A stretch of 64,000 bases of DNA from Camelus ferus (Eukaryota). The notes under the pieces are model-generated. The model saw only the letters and a program-made list of their open reading frames with translations, ran no database searches and had not been told where the DNA came from. The stretch is from positions 117,120,001-117,184,000 of the forward strand of contig NC_045696.1 of the NCBI RefSeq assembly GCF_009834535.1. The letters are read 5' to 3'. This document shows positions 12,111 through 25,858 of the stretch, in pieces. Every line of letters starts with the position of its first letter. Position 1 is the first letter of the stretch. A program made the position numbers and the translations under genes.

Positions 12111-12679
12111 GGGCTGGCCTGATTTCTTCCAGGCGCTGGCCTCATCCTCTGGGTCCTGACTTGGTTCAGGGTTAGGGTGGTAGAGGCTGAACCGAACTGA
12201 TACAATGAAGAACCAAAAAGCTGAGGCAGTGTTTTTTTTTGTTTGTTTGTTTTTCTCCCAGAGGAGGGACTTTGGGATCCAGGTTCAATAGACACGTGGG
12301 GCCCCAGGACCTCAGCATCACGATGAAGTGGCGAAACCACCCTGGGTCAGACAGAACGAGACTCGGATTGAAGTTGCCCGGGACCTCCCCCTCCCACCAG
12401 AATGGCTAACTTAGGGATATTTTGTCTTTGCTATTTACTCTCTTTCCAGATCAAGTTTTCTTATTTGTTCTCACCTTCAATGGGTTACATTTGTGGCCAA
12501 AACCAATATTATGGGTCTTTGGTTTGTACTTTGTACTTTTGTTTGTACTTTTCTGAGGAACTTTCCTGGCTCAACCCACCCTTGCCCAGGAGACCCCAGC
12601 CTTGAATCCTCTGTGCCTCTCTCTCCAGGTTTAACTCTTCCACCCTCAGACTCTGATCTTTTTAAAAAAAATAAATGAC

Positions 12680-12798
12680 TTTTCCCAGTTTTATTTAGAT
12701 GTAATTGACAGACAACACTGTAGAAGTTTAAGATGTACTGCATAATGACTTGAGTTACACATATTGTGAAATGATTACCAAAATATCTTAACATCCTT
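12680..12798 (-). mobile_element. L1MA-type 3' terminal fragment
   Basis: cagttttatttagatgtaattgaca...gtttaagatgtac...catattgtgaaatgattacca. Confidence 0.75.
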
Positions 12799-12844
12799 CA
12801 GGTCACATTTTTTTTAAAAGGTTTCTTTAAAAATTGTCCTGTTA

Positions 12845-13075
12845 TACTCAGTCTTAGCTCAACCTTCCCCCCCCTTCCCCCCCCCCCGTAATATGAGAAA
12901 GCAAAGGTAAAGGACAGGCAGAGTGAAACAGGAAAGGTGGAAAAGTGAGACAGGGACATGTGATCACGCCGGGTACTCAGTGACTGCTGCTCATCCCACG
13001 GGACTTTCTGAGAAGCCTTATGAAGTGCATCTGGGTCTACCTGCTTGGGGGATGGAAGGGGGATTCATTAATTCT
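12845..13075 (-). mobile_element. ERVL LTR fragment (LTR33/LTR16-like)
   Basis: agagtgaaacaggaaaggtggaaaagtgagacagg...ctcatcccacgggactttctgagaagcc. Confidence 0.45.
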
Positions 13076-13519
13076 TCTTTTAATCTGTTCATTCATTCAC
13101 ATTTCTGGTTCTGAGTGGGATCCTACACGTGTCTCATGATGCAGCACCAGAGAGTCCCAGGGCATGAACACAGACCCAAAATGAAGTTGCTTCTGTGGGA
13201 AGCTGATCATAGTGCGTGTGGGACTGGTTCCTGCAGCAGGGGCTAGAGAAAGAAGTTGGGCTGAACAGAATTCAGTGGGACAAAAGAGAGGTCCAGTACA
13301 ATCCACCCTTGCAATGCTTAGATACCCCCTGCCTTCCATTAAGGTCAAGTCCACAGAACTGATTATGGGAGACTACTGTCTTCCTAAAATTCAAGGAGGC
13401 TTATTCATCTTTGTTGGGAAGCAGAGGATACCAGGACCCCAAATATTCACAGAGGAAACATCAGGCTTTCCTTTGTGATCTTCCTACCGGATTAGACACT
13501 AGTAAAGCTCCAATATCTG

Positions 13520-13897
13520 GCCATGCTTTTTTTTTTCCCCCCGGCACAATCTTACCCAGTTTCCTTGCAGTAAGGCAGGGCCACGTGACTAATTATGGCC
13601 AATGCAGTACAGGCAGAAGTGACATGTGTTCCTCCTAAGTGGAGGTGGAGTAAACCCTTCCACAATTTTCCAGTCTTTCTCATCTTGGCTTGAGTGGAAA
13701 ACACGGTGGCAGTTTGTTGAGACGTCAGAACCAGAGCAGCCTGGATCTTTGAGTCATTCCATGAAGGACAGCTGCCTGGGAGAGTCACCTGGCATATAAC
13801 AGACTTTGCAGGAGCAAATAATAAACTTCATGTGTTTACCTGCTGAGATTTGGGGACTGGGTGTTATAACTTCATAACATATTCTGTCTAGAATACT
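13520..13897 (+). mobile_element. MaLR MLT1 LTR (J/K-like)
   Basis: ccttgcagtaaggcagggccacgtgact...ggccaatg...gcagaagtga...aataaacttc...gctgagatttgggg. Confidence 0.75.
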
Positions 13898-14612
13898 GTT
13901 ACCCATGTGCAAATTCCTTGAGCCTTGTAATCAAAAGTCAGGAGAATGGGTTATACATAAATGTGATAAATTATTTATAATATGCCAGAAGTGTAATCCA
14001 TGCTTAGGAGCAACTAAACTCCCAAGCGAGGGAAGGTTCTACCTGTACTAACATTCAGAGCTGATCGAAAACTTTCTAACATCTCTTGCCAAGTCAGAAC
14101 CCATCACTGGAACTGAGAAGTTTCAAGCACTTGCCACCCTCTGATGGCTTTTGGTGAGTCTTCTGAAGACCTTCCTGTGTTGGTAGGCAGGGGAGGCCTA
14201 AATCTCCTTTCACTCTGTATTCCATACCACATATATCTGTGTCACTGCCCATTACAGTCGCTTTCCTTGCTTAAGCAAATTAGCCAAATTTTCCTAGGCA
14301 TAAACTTTTGACTTACAGAGACTTCTCAGAAGTCCACATTTGCAACGATGCTATCATAATTCACTGTGATGTCCCATCATTGTAGTTGATAAATAGTTTG
14401 ATGTGTGTTAGATTAAGTCAAATTGAACTGACAGGAATTAAAGGAGTAGGAGGAAGATGACATGATCCTTGTCCTGGGGGCTTTGTATCTATGATGAAGT
14501 GCCTAGTATTATCCCCTTTTGCAGATGAAGAAATTAAGGTGTGGAGAGATTAGGTATATTGCCAAACATCAGAAAAAAGTAGTTGGTGTTGAAGTCTACG
14601 AGCTCTAAGACC

Positions 14613-14643
<31 letters not shown>

Positions 14644-14737
14644 TTAAATGAGTTACAGTCATTTTACAATGTTGTGTCAAATTCCAGTGTAGAGCACAGT
14701 TTTTCAGTTATACAGGAACATACATATATTCATTGTC
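14613..14737 (-). mobile_element. very short young L1 3' end, apparently inserted in or next to a MIR
   Basis: poly-T plus L1 tail; imperfect TSD acgagctctaaga (14598-14610) / acgaattctaaga (14739-14751). Confidence 0.85.
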
Positions 14738-15999
14738 CACGAATTCTAAGATCTGAGACAAAGACTGAATTCTTGCCACAATAGCCCGATGCTACCTTGA
14801 ATGGAAACACGTATAAATTGAATCAAGGTGAACTGAATGGAGTGGTATTGAGCTGAAGTGGAAAATCCACCTCAGTGCAGAGATGTGAGGCTTAGACCCT
14901 GTAGTGTTAATTATGGCATGCCTTTACAGCCAACACCAACCACCATGTGCCTGTTTCCTGAGGGTGATTCTTTAAAATATTGAACTCTTACTATGCTTTT
15001 AATCTATTTTTATTAATAGAAGTTTTAGCTAATAAAAAAAGTTTTCCACCAAACTCTTGGGTGGTTTATATTGCCGTAATAACACCTATCTCTTCCTGTG
15101 TGAGCATGGCTCCTTTGATCTCAGAGGGCAGGAGAGAGGCCCAATCACCATGGGTTCACAGCACGTCTGGTCTCCTTTGACCTGTCTGCAGGGTGCAAAG
15201 CTATCTGGAGTGGGAATCACAGCAGGGATATTCACTAGTGCATCAGCTACCTAGAGGAGCTTGGTAAGAGGCAGTTTCTGTAAGTGCTTTTTAAGTCACC
15301 TTGTGATTTGAGCTAGCACACCTACGAAGTTAAATCTGTTTTTCACTGAGTTATTTGCTCAACAAATACATTTGTTACAGTCACTGGTAGACATTGCACT
15401 TAGAACGTTGGGTTGGCATGGCAAAAAGAGAATGTGACATATTCAAAACATGCTGAATTGCCCTCAACCTGCAGACAGTCTAGCAGCACAGAAAAAGAGT
15501 TGCCAGTACAGGTGGGAAGTGATGAGTGCCTATGAGTTGTTCTGATCACTTTCTCAGGGACTTCAAGCAGCCTTGGTTCCATTTAGCTCAGTGAAGAGAA
15601 AGACTCTCAAGGATTTCTATGGACTATTTGAATCTATTTTTAGAGAGATTGGATTTGAATATGTAAACCTGGAGCTTATAAAGTGGAGGGGGGTGTTCTA
15701 GACAGGGACAAGAGGCAGGGAATAGGAGCCATGTGGGGAACAATGGGGACTCTTTCCTCAATTCTCAGTCATGTTACCTTTTCATATTTTAATGTCGAGA
15801 ATACCGTGAGCTAACTTAGAATCGGTTTCAAAAGAAACTCACCATCCATTAGGCTGTGGCATAAGGTGTGTATTAAAGGAATGATGGACACTTCAGCCAG
15901 CGGTGTCTCCCAGTCAAGGACTTGCAGCTCGTCCTGACAGAATCCAGGGTGAATGAAGAAAAGCAGAAGCTTCGATTCAACATTTAAGCTGTGGAGAAA

Positions 16000-16170
16000 T
16001 CGTGAAAAGCCTTGCATAACAGATTAAGGTTGCTGAGATCGTATTAGAAGGGCAGTCAGGAGCCACTGAAGGTTTTTTGAGCAAGAAGTAATGGGATAAG
16101 AATAGTGTCTAGGAAATGAAATCGGCAGCGATGTGTAAGTAGGATGGGAGAGGAAAGATAGTTGGGAGGT
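16000..16170 (-). mobile_element. L2 fragment
   Basis: ggagccactgaaggttttttgagcaag is a typical L2 3'-region motif. Confidence 0.6.
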
Positions 16171-16226
16171 AGGATACTGAGAGGAGATGAAAGCAGTTAA
16201 AGAAAAAAATCATCCAAACCACTGAA

Positions 16227-16706
16227 TTGGTTACTGAGCAACAAACCATCCCAAAACTTAGCAGCTTAAAACAACCACCATTTATTTATTCTTCAAGTCT
16301 TCAGATTGGCAATTTGGACTGGTTCCATCTGGGCAGCTCTCTTGGTCTCAGTTGGTCTCAGCGAGTTACCAACGCTGGTTGGTCTAGGAAGGCTAGAGTT
16401 GGGATAGCTCATCACTGCTCCATGGTCTTTCATCATCCCCCAGGCTGGCTCAGGCCCGTAGACATGAGGCTGGAAGGAATTCCTACAGAAAGAGACATGC
16501 CAAGGCCCCTTGACACCTATGCTTCCAACAGGCATGGTGTCATTTCCACTGTGTTCTGTGAGTCAAAGCAAACTCAGACCACACACAAAGGGAGGTGAAA
16601 CAGAATCCATCTTTTGATTCAGCAGCTGCAAAGTCACATTGCAAAGGCTCGTGAATAAAAGGAAGGGAAATAAATATGACCATTTCTTCCCAGCCAATTG
16701 CCACAC
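16227..16706 (-). mobile_element. MaLR MLT1 LTR (F/G/H-like)
   Basis: aacaaaccatcccaaaacttagcagcttaaaacaaccaccatttatt...gcagctgcaaagtcacattgcaaagg...ccaca. Confidence 0.8.
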
Positions 16707-17499
16707 TCCCCAGTTTGTTATTTGCTTCATTTTTTTTTTTTGGTTATAATTTTTTATCACTCTATGAAAGATGTAGAGGAAAAAGTCAGTTTATGGAACG
16801 TATCTTATGAGTAATTTCTATCTAATTGTCACTGTCCTTGCTAAAAAGCAGCAGAACAATGTTGTTTTGTGTGTTGTTTAAAAATCACCCATTCTATTCT
16901 GATGAGTCTGTTCCATTCTGTTAAGCCGAAATATTTGGAATGCCTTACAATTTATTTAATAATATTAATTAATGTGGTTTTATGACTAAATTTGCCTTCT
17001 TCTTTTCCTCCTATGTTCAAATTCCATTACAATAAACTCATCACTTAGTAAGTGGAAAGTATCAACCAGTGGAGGTCCATGAGAGATACTCTAACTTGTT
17101 AAAAAGATATTTGGTGCTTAAAATACTGAAATTACTTTTGATCCAGAATTTCACTGACTTAGTTATTTGAGGATTTTTTTTTTTTCAATCTTTCTCATTC
17201 CATTGGTAGGTCCATTTTTAAAGGTCTTGAGACTTCAGGGGAAACCTTTCTAAAGCATTTCATGGACTAAGAGGGACAGAATAAAACATAATTGGGTATC
17301 TTCTTAGGGAAGTTTTCCTTCAATGTCAACCCGAAAGAAATAGGTTTTCCTTTCATGTCTGTTTTATAAATATCTATTTTCATGCAGATACACCTCTGGC
17401 TTTCATTTGGTTGCTTTCTTGAAATTAAAAAATTTACAAAGCATGTTGTTAGATGGAAATATCTAGGATTCTGTTTCATTAGCATAAATATTCTCACCA

Positions 17500-17635
17500 A
17501 GTCATGTAGCTTTATTTTCTACCTACTTATTGAATCTGTCCCTCCTTTTCACAGCTACTGCCCTTTCTCCAGTTCAGATCTTCATCGCCTCTCTTCAGGG
17601 CAAAGGAAGTAGCCTCTTCACTGGCACCTCTGCCT
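17500..17635 (+). mobile_element. L2 fragment
   Basis: ccaagtcatg...gaatctgtccctccttttc...tagcctcttcactggcacctctgcc. Confidence 0.55.
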
Positions 17636-17862
17636 GCTTTCAGATTTTCCTGTTTTGCAATGGATCATTTTGATCCTTGGAGTATTTCCAATGGAGTAGT
17701 AGACTGGCCAGATGTTCCTTAAAGAAAATGACCTGTGTTCAGATAAGTGGGAAAATGCTATAGACCTTCTCAGCCATGCTTGCAGTCATGAAACCTGTTA
17801 GCACATTAAAACTTTGAGGAGTCCTGAGTAACATGAAGATAGGAATGTGCTTTTGTCTTCTG

Positions 17863-19132
17863 TGTTACCCGTGATCACCACCCTGTTTACTCCGAAGGAC
17901 CTAGTGCCTTAGGGAAAATCAGGATAATTACAGCAGGAATTTGAAGAGAACGAGTTAATATTCAACATTCAACTTCCAAAAGGTGACTGTGAGGTTCATG
18001 GCTAGGATGTCTTAAAATCCCAGCTTTATTGAGAGAATACAGATTGGTAAATTCCAAAAGATATTGACATATCAAGATCCAAGTTCAGTGGGACTGAAGG
18101 TCACTCAGTTTTACCAAAAGATGTTGAGAGGTTATTCAGACAGTAGTGGGGAAGGAGGAACACCTACCAGACAGAGAAAAGAACATGATACTTTTCATGA
18201 GGGGAAGAGGAGATATTGGAAGGGATAGGTAGAGGATGAAAAGCAGCCTGAATCTTTCAGGGACCCAGTGCCCTCATCTCTATGGACCTTGATCCAAGAG
18301 GTACCAAAGATGTGAGATGAAAACCCCAGCAGATTGAAAGGGAAGTTAAAACCCAAGGTTTGTGCACCCTCTCTACTAAAGGCAACTCCAAAAAGACACT
18401 GATTTGGAAGATCTCCTCTTGGGCCAAAACAAGATGGCCACAGTGGAATAGAAAAGGGGATACATTCATTCAGGTAGAAAAATAGCAGAGGATTTTATCA
18501 TGGGATCTCTTTTGACAGATGTCTGGTGTGGTGGGAACTCAGAATGCTTCCGTGATCCCATTAGGACAACTGAAAATAGTTGAGAAATAAGACAGTGGCC
18601 CACTGTGGTTCACTAGAGTAAATGACAAGGTGATCCCATTTGAAACACAGTAAAGCAGAAAGAAGTTTTAACTGAGAAACGGGGGATTCAGAATGGTGAT
18701 GAGATGCTTTCATGGCTTTGATTTTGCTGGGAGAACAGGCAATGGGTTACACCTGTTTCTGTCACTTAAGAAGCTGATGCAATTAGAAAAAAAGGCTACT
18801 TTCCAAAGTTAGGTGATCAGAGGTCAACCAGCAGATGCCCAGAAAGCATTTAATTCCAATTATAGACACTATTTTGGAGAGAAAGTTATGGGAGACTATC
18901 CAGAGGAGAAAAATTGCTTGAAAGAGTGTTTAAACTTCTAAATTGAGTGAACATTCACTTCAGTGAGAACATTTTAAACTGGAAAAGATTGAGTTACCTG
19001 TAACTGGAAAGTTTACATTATTATTTTCTACCCACCGTTAGAAATAAGATTATATAAAAAACTTAGTTATATAGAAATATCACAGAATTTTTTACAAGTG
19101 AGTTGTAGGTATAAATCATCTACTCTGTAACA
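17863..19132 (+). mobile_element. ancient Gypsy-like solo LTR (MamGypLTR/LTR8x-like)
   Basis: inverted termini TGTTAC...GTAACA ~1.27 kb apart; 3' region resembles mammalian Gypsy LTRs; no TSD retained. Confidence 0.45.
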
Positions 19133-19599
19133 TAGATAGCTCTGATTTCCCTTTTAATCCACACTCCCCCAAATTTATTTGTCCAAAAACATATTAAAAA
19201 AAAAACTTAACACATTGTATTTTCTCTCAGAACAAGTGTTAGATGGAATATCCTTTGGGAAATAAAGTTCTATGCTTGTATTAGAGTTCTCTCTCAAAAA
19301 ATAATCTTTCTTTTGAAATTAATCTTGTTATTTATTTTTAAAAAAATGCTTTTTGGAATTCTTACATGTTTGAGGCATTCTGCTAGGGGCTGGAACTTGA
19401 AAGATGACTCAGTCCTAAGTTCTGACCTCAAGAAAGCTGCAGATTTGCAGAGAAAATATGTGCTTGTTTCGACAACACATATACTAATATTAGAATAGCG
19501 TAGAGAGAACAGCATGAATTCTGTACAAGGACTGCACAAAAATTTATGAGGATTTTCCCATTTTTCCTTTTGAGAGTTCATACTTTCTCTTTAAGAGAA

Positions 19600-21390
19600 T
19601 GACCAAGGCAAGGATCTTCTCTGTCATCATTTCTATTCTACATTATAGACGTTTAAGGAAGTGAAAAAAGGAAAGGAAAAGGTATAAAGATTAGAAGGAA
19701 GAATGAAACTGTTCATATTTGCAGCTGACATGACTGTGTAGTGAATACTAAAGAATATAGAAGATACCTACTAGCCCTAATGTTGAATTTAGCAAGGTCA
19801 TAGTATACAGAATTAATATGCTCAGAGCAAAGATTTAGAAAGTAAAAATTTTAAAGTTCCATTTAAAATGGCACTGAAAACATAAAATACTTAAGGATAA
19901 GTGTAGCAATACAACTCTACACCGAATCCACAAAAGATTAAGGAGAAAAATCAAATAAATCATTAATAACGGGTGAGATATACCATATTAATGGATTGGA
20001 AGTTTCAATGTTGTCTAGATGTCAAGTCTCCCCAGGTTGTCATACAGATTCAAAGTAAGCCAAGTCATAATCTCAGCAAGTTTTTTATTTTAAAAATTGG
20101 TAGTCTCTTCTAAAATTTGTATGGAAGTGCAAATAGCCTAGAACAGGGAAAACAATCTTGAAAAAGGAAAATAATATAATATAGGAGGGCTTACATTCTT
20201 AACTTCAAGGCTTACTTGCTATGAAGCTACATTAATCAAGACAGTGTGGTATTTATGAAAGGAGAGTTAAATAAAGTAGAGAATTCAGAAATACACCCAC
20301 ACTCACATAGTCAAGTGATTCTTGATAATATTACTGGAGGATTTCACTAAACGGTGCTTGGGCAAATGGAAATACACATGGGAAAAAAATGAATGTTGAC
20401 TTCTATGTCATGCCATATGTTAATTTGAGGTGGATCATAGACCTAATTTTAAAATCTAAACTTATAACGCTTATTTAAAAAAACCTAAGAAAATATCTTC
20501 ATGACTGAGGATTTTGAGAGAAATTGTTTTCAAAACATACTTGGCAAAAAACAAAGAATTTGTATCCTAAAATTCAATAATCAAAAGACAGACAATTCAA
20601 TAAAGCCCTGAACAGAGACTTCACAAAGGAAGAAATATATACGGCCAATGAGTAAATGAATAAAAGGTTCAACGTCATTAGTCAGCAGGAAAAATGCAAT
20701 TAAATCACAAAGAGTTACCACCCCACACTTAGAATAGTTAAATTTGAAAAAAGGCCAATGAGACTAAATGTTGTCAAGGATGTGGAGCACACTGACTTCT
20801 CATATGTTGATGATGGGGTGTAATATAGTACAATCAATTTGGAAAACTGTTAGGTTTTTTTTCCTTCAAGTTCAGGATATATCCTCCTATGATCTAACAA
20901 TTTCACTCCTAAGGAATTTACCCAAGAAAAATGAGAAAATATTTCCACACAAGACTTTATGGGAAGTATTCATAGCTGGTTTATTCATAATAGTCCAACA
21001 CAAGAAACAACCCAAATGCCTATAACCAAGGTATAGATAAATAATTTTGATATATTCATATAATGAATACTATCAAGCAATAAAAATAATAAGCTATTGA
21101 CTCATACAAAAACATGGGTCTTTCAGACAATATACTAAGCAAATGAAGCCAGAAACAAAAGAATGTGCACTGTGTGATTTCGTATGTATGAATTTTAGAG
21201 GAGGAAACACTGGTCTACTGGGGCAGTGTATTTACCAGAAAGAAGGAAGAGGGAAATTTATGCAAACCTCCTTTCTATGTCTTAAGAGCAGTGTGAATTT
21301 CATAAATGCAGGCATTTATCAAAATTTATTGACTTGTACACTTAAAATTTATATATTTTCTTGTATATAAATGTTACTATTAAAAAAACC
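19600..21390 (+). mobile_element. old L1M: degenerate ORF2 RT/C-terminus and 3'UTR
   Basis: ctgttcatatttgcagctgacatg (degenerate LFADDM), atggattggaag, caagacagtgtggta, aaacaacccaaatg. Confidence 0.9.
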
Positions 21391-21394
21391 AAAT

Positions 21395-22020
21395 AGTAAA
21401 CTATACTTAGTAGGAATGATTTTCACAATGGTATGGAAAAACAATTCTGAGAGAACTCTGTGAGCTCTGTGATTGAGCAAATAAGTAAATAAATTGATGA
21501 TATGGGTGTGAGATATTTCTGTGCTGGAGTTGTAAATATGGAAGGGAGACAGCTAGAATAAATACAGAGATGTTGCTCTGGAATTTGAATTATCAGGTAA
21601 ATTCATTGTTTTAATATATAAATAGATAGATACAGAAATGTGTGTGTGTGTGTATTAGTTTTGTTTTCCTTAGCCCTGAACACTGAAAAAGTTGAAAGCA
21701 GGGAAATGCTAATTGCCATGAGCACAGCCAGTGCTCAGATATTGGCTCCTACATACCCTTCTCCACTGAAAGGTACCAGGGCTCCTTGGGGGAAAGATTA
21801 CTCCAAGAGCTAAAAGCAAAAAAGAAATTCAAAATGAGTTGTTCAAGAAAGTGCTCAAGGAATATGAGAGACATGTCAAAAAGAACAGAAAAGCCTGATG
21901 TCCAAAATCAGGAACAATTCGTGCATCAATGTAAATAGTGCTAGAAATGGATTATAATCCATGGAATAAAACAAAGGTATGCAAGCCCAAACTGATATAA
22001 AAATAAACAAATGAATAAAA
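21395..22020 (+). mobile_element. L1MC/L1MD 3'UTR fragment
   Basis: gagcacagccagtgctcagat...ctccactgaaaggtaccagggctccttgg...ccaaaatcaggaacaatt. Confidence 0.7.
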
Positions 22021-24509
22021 ACCCCAGGTGGTGGGGTGGTGGGGTGGTGGAAGGAACCACAGTGAAGGGAAGGCAGGTGTCCAACCGTGGGTGGAGGGTG
22101 GGGTAAGTCTGTGGCTCATACTTTCCCCTCTGCTTGCAATAGCCTTCCTTGTTCTCCAAGCTTGCCCTCCACCTTCCCTCACTCCTTCTCAAGACTCAGC
22201 TACATGTCATTTCCTTTGGGAAGGTTTCTTGAATCCTTGAAAGCGTCTTCGTGAAGTCATTATTGACCATTTGTTGTCTCTTGTTTTTCATTATCCCTTT
22301 CTCTCTCAGCAAAGGCAGCAACAATTCTTTTTATACTTCTTAGAACTCCCTTTTCTCCTAGGTTTATATTGTCTTCCTATCCCTGTGGTGGGCACTTAGG
22401 TTTTAACTCATTTTTGTTGTTACTTTCCTATGAAGGATGCTGTAACATTCATTGCGTTGTATTAAATTGTATCCCATCATTTGGTTGTGAGCTATGAAAA
22501 TGAAAGTAATAGGGGTCAATTAAGTGAAAAAAAAATTAGTTTAGCTTGATGCCAGCTGTGAAAAATGCATAAGACTGGCTGGGAGCCAATCACAGAGGCC
22601 CTGTAAGATACATCTTTCCACCTGCTTGCAACCTTATCCAAAGGACAAACACCAGCAGATGACTGCAGCTTCCCTGTGTCCCATGATTCAGAAATGGGTT
22701 GTGTTTTGCTCTCAGACTGGACAGTACTGGATTGGGTTCCCTAACAATAGATGGCTCTGTCAGTGAGTTCCTCCATGTGAGTTACCGTGATCGCTGCAGT
22801 GATGGGTGTCAAATACCCACGGAGGAACCAGGATGCCCGCTTGCCCAGGGCCAGAAAGAAACCTTGTGCTGGACTCCAGGATTCCCTTCCCCTCTACTTG
22901 GCTCCTGTTGAAAATAAACTTACAGAAGCCACACAACCTCATCCCCAACAGCCTATCACTCTTTCTGAAGATTAGATACAAAAATAAGAGCCAGATGGAG
23001 AGGAAGTAGACCCCTTCAGGGGAGGGTGGGACTTCTCCGATCTGGGTTAGACTTTAGGGGGCAGGCCAGTTGAAACACAGGATGTAACACGTCACAGGTG
23101 ACAACACTTCTCTGCTGCTCATGGAACTACAAGTCCTGAGACAGTTTTGCCTTGATGCATACAGGTGTCATGGCCCTAATGACCTTAGCCAGGTGAGCCC
23201 GATCGAATTACTGTAATAACAACTGCCTTGCACACTGAGACCAGATGCGCACCTGTTTGAGACAAAACCCCAGGAATATACTGTTCCTGAAGGTTTGTCA
23301 CACAGCCCCAGGGAAAGGAGGACATGAGGGACCTTGGGAAAACTACCATTCCCAGTGTTATTCTTTGAATTTTTAGAGGCTCCTTCAGATCTGTTTGCTA
23401 ATACTGTGTAATCATGAGAATTGTCAACCTTTCATTGTAATTGATATCAATACAGTCACTTTCAATCAATACAAGGGTATCAGAACTTTAATCTCAACAT
23501 ATTCTCATTATAGTGTCATGGGTATGACCCCTAGAAGGAAGACATAATAATTTCCATCTTGTAGGTGAAGAAACAGAGACTAGGAGAGGTGGAAATACTT
23601 TCCACTACAAAAGGAAGAGAATTATGTAATTCTGGGTTGAAAACTAAGGAGTTATTAAGAGAGAACTGAGTGGCTAGTAAACCATCTCTTTAATTTGAAG
23701 AAAACATAATACAGTGGTGAGGGGATGAGGCATAATTGGGTTTATCTGGCCAAATGTTCTCAGTAGAAGATGTGTCAAAGAGGGCTGGGACATCCTATTA
23801 CCTATAGGACTTGGACTTGAGATGTTCCAGGATGTTTCTGGGCTCTGTCCAGGGAATGGAGATACTGTCCCCAAACTCATCCAGATATCTAGCAGATTTT
23901 GGGGATCAGGGAGAGTGAGGGCATCTGTGAGACTGTAGATGACTCAAAGTACTTTTATCATGTTAACAAAACATCTCGCAGCTCATATTCGTGTAGGCTA
24001 CTACGCTGTTCTTTCCTCTGTAATTCCTGTCTTTTACTTTCTTAATCCACATTCAGACATCAATGATTTCTCATTCAGTACTGGTTACTTCAAGGGAGGA
24101 TAATATATTAAAACTGGGGGAAAATTTTTTTTCTTTTACTTTTTAAAGGGCTGTTTTAGTCTCAAGATAAAAAGAGTTAGAAGAAGAGATCAGTTTCAGT
24201 TTTTCCTACCATCGACAGTAGATAAAGAAGTCATGAAATGGGAGCATGCTGGAGAAAGGGGGAGCATACAAAAGAAAACTGGGTAAGGATGGATTCCAGC
24301 AAAGGGACCTTGAGTCTTTCACATTGCTTTCTCCATGCTTCATCTCCCATCTATGTTTAATCCCAGAGGGCATAATAGAATACCCAGAGAATGGGAGGAT
24401 TTGAACGCAAATGAGAACCATGTAAATTTTCATAAGTAGCATTCAGGACTAAGGCAAGACTTAAGTTTCCCTGTGCCCAGATGGTGCAGGAACAGAAGAA
24501 ATATCTATG

Positions 24510-24880
24510 ATCAATCAATCAGAGAATGTTTTACCCTGAGGTCAGCCTGTTGTCCTGCAGCCCTTAAAGAGTGGTTGTGTGCTGGCTTGGGCAGAGGGTG
24601 GGTCAAAGTTCAGATACCTGGGAGAAAGAGAAAAAAATTAACCAAAGTTTAGTTAAATAGCATTTTGGTCTGATTGATCAGTGGGGACAAAACAGTTCAG
24701 CTAATCATTATGAGGCAAAGAATGGGAATTTGGAATGTCTGTGTCTCCCTGGTCACAGGTAATTCATGAGTCTTATCGAAGTCCTTTGTAAGAAGGAGGT
24801 TCTCAGGACACAAAAGAGTCGGGGTATTTCTTTAATCTTCACTACTTTCCAGGATCACAGGGGTCAAGTAAATTTCAACA
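24510..24880 (-). mobile_element. ERV1-class LTR fragment
   Basis: accctgaggtcagcctg...ctgattgatcagtggggacaaaacagttcagctaatc; ends ttcaaca (reverse TGTTGAA start). Confidence 0.5.
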
Positions 24881-25239
24881 TTTTCAGTGGACACTGAGTA
24901 AACCGGGAAAATGGATCCAGTAAAGTCAACTCTTAAGACTTATACTTGAACTTTAAAAATGAAGAAAAAGGGGGAAAAAGAGGAGGAGAGGGAGGAGGAC
25001 CCACCACTGCAGCAGTGTTTAGGGAAAAAAATTTAAAAATTCCTCATAGAGCCAAATACTGGCTTTGTATTTCTTCTTATCAACATTCAATACAAAAAGG
25101 CTGCAGAGAAACAAGATACCCAAGTAAAGAGTATGAGACAAAGACGGTTTAACCACCAAATTTCATTTAATATATAAAGTCTACAAACAGTTTTGGTGAT
25201 GCAAGAGCTCAGAGAATATTGTGCCATTGAAGCCTTCTT

Positions 25240-25858
25240 TTTTTTTTTTTTTTAACATTTTTTATTGATTTATAATCACTTTACAATGTGTCGAATTCCA
25301 GCACAGAGCACAATTTTTCAGTTATACATGAACATACATATATTCATTGTCACATTTTTTTCTCTGTGAGCTTCCATAAGATCTTGTATATATTTCCCTG
25401 TGCTATGCAGTATGATCTTGTTTATCTATTCTATAATTTTGAAATCCCAGTCTATCCCTTCCCACCCTCCGCCCCCTTGGCAACCACAAGTTTGTATTCT
25501 ATGTCTATGAGTCTACTTCTGTTTTGTATTTATGCTTTGTTTGTGTGTGGTTTTTTTTTTTTTTTTTTAGATTCCACATATAAGCGATCTCATATGGTAT
25601 TTTTCTTTCTCTTTCTGGCTTACTTCACTTAGGATGACATTCTCCAGGAGCATCCATGTTGCTGCAAATGGCGTTATGTTGTCAGTTTTTATGGCTGAGT
25701 AGTATTCCATTGTATAAATATACCACATATCCAGAAGGAACCCTACTTCAAACTGACACCTGCACCCCAATGTTCATAGCAGCACTATTTGCAATAGCCA
25801 AGACATGGAAACAGCCTAAATGTCCATCAACAGATGACTGGATAAAGAAGATGTGGTA
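25240..25858 (-). mobile_element. young L1 with 5' inversion
   Basis: poly-T plus 3'UTR and ORF2 end on the - strand to ~25727, then a + strand ORF2 piece (YPEG...[31 protein letters not shown]); perfect 15-bp TSD cattgaagccttctt at 25225-25239 and 25859-25873. Confidence 0.95.

Noticed and set aside
22560..23270. Possible ancient LTR
   Set aside because: Could not assign a family or termini with confidence
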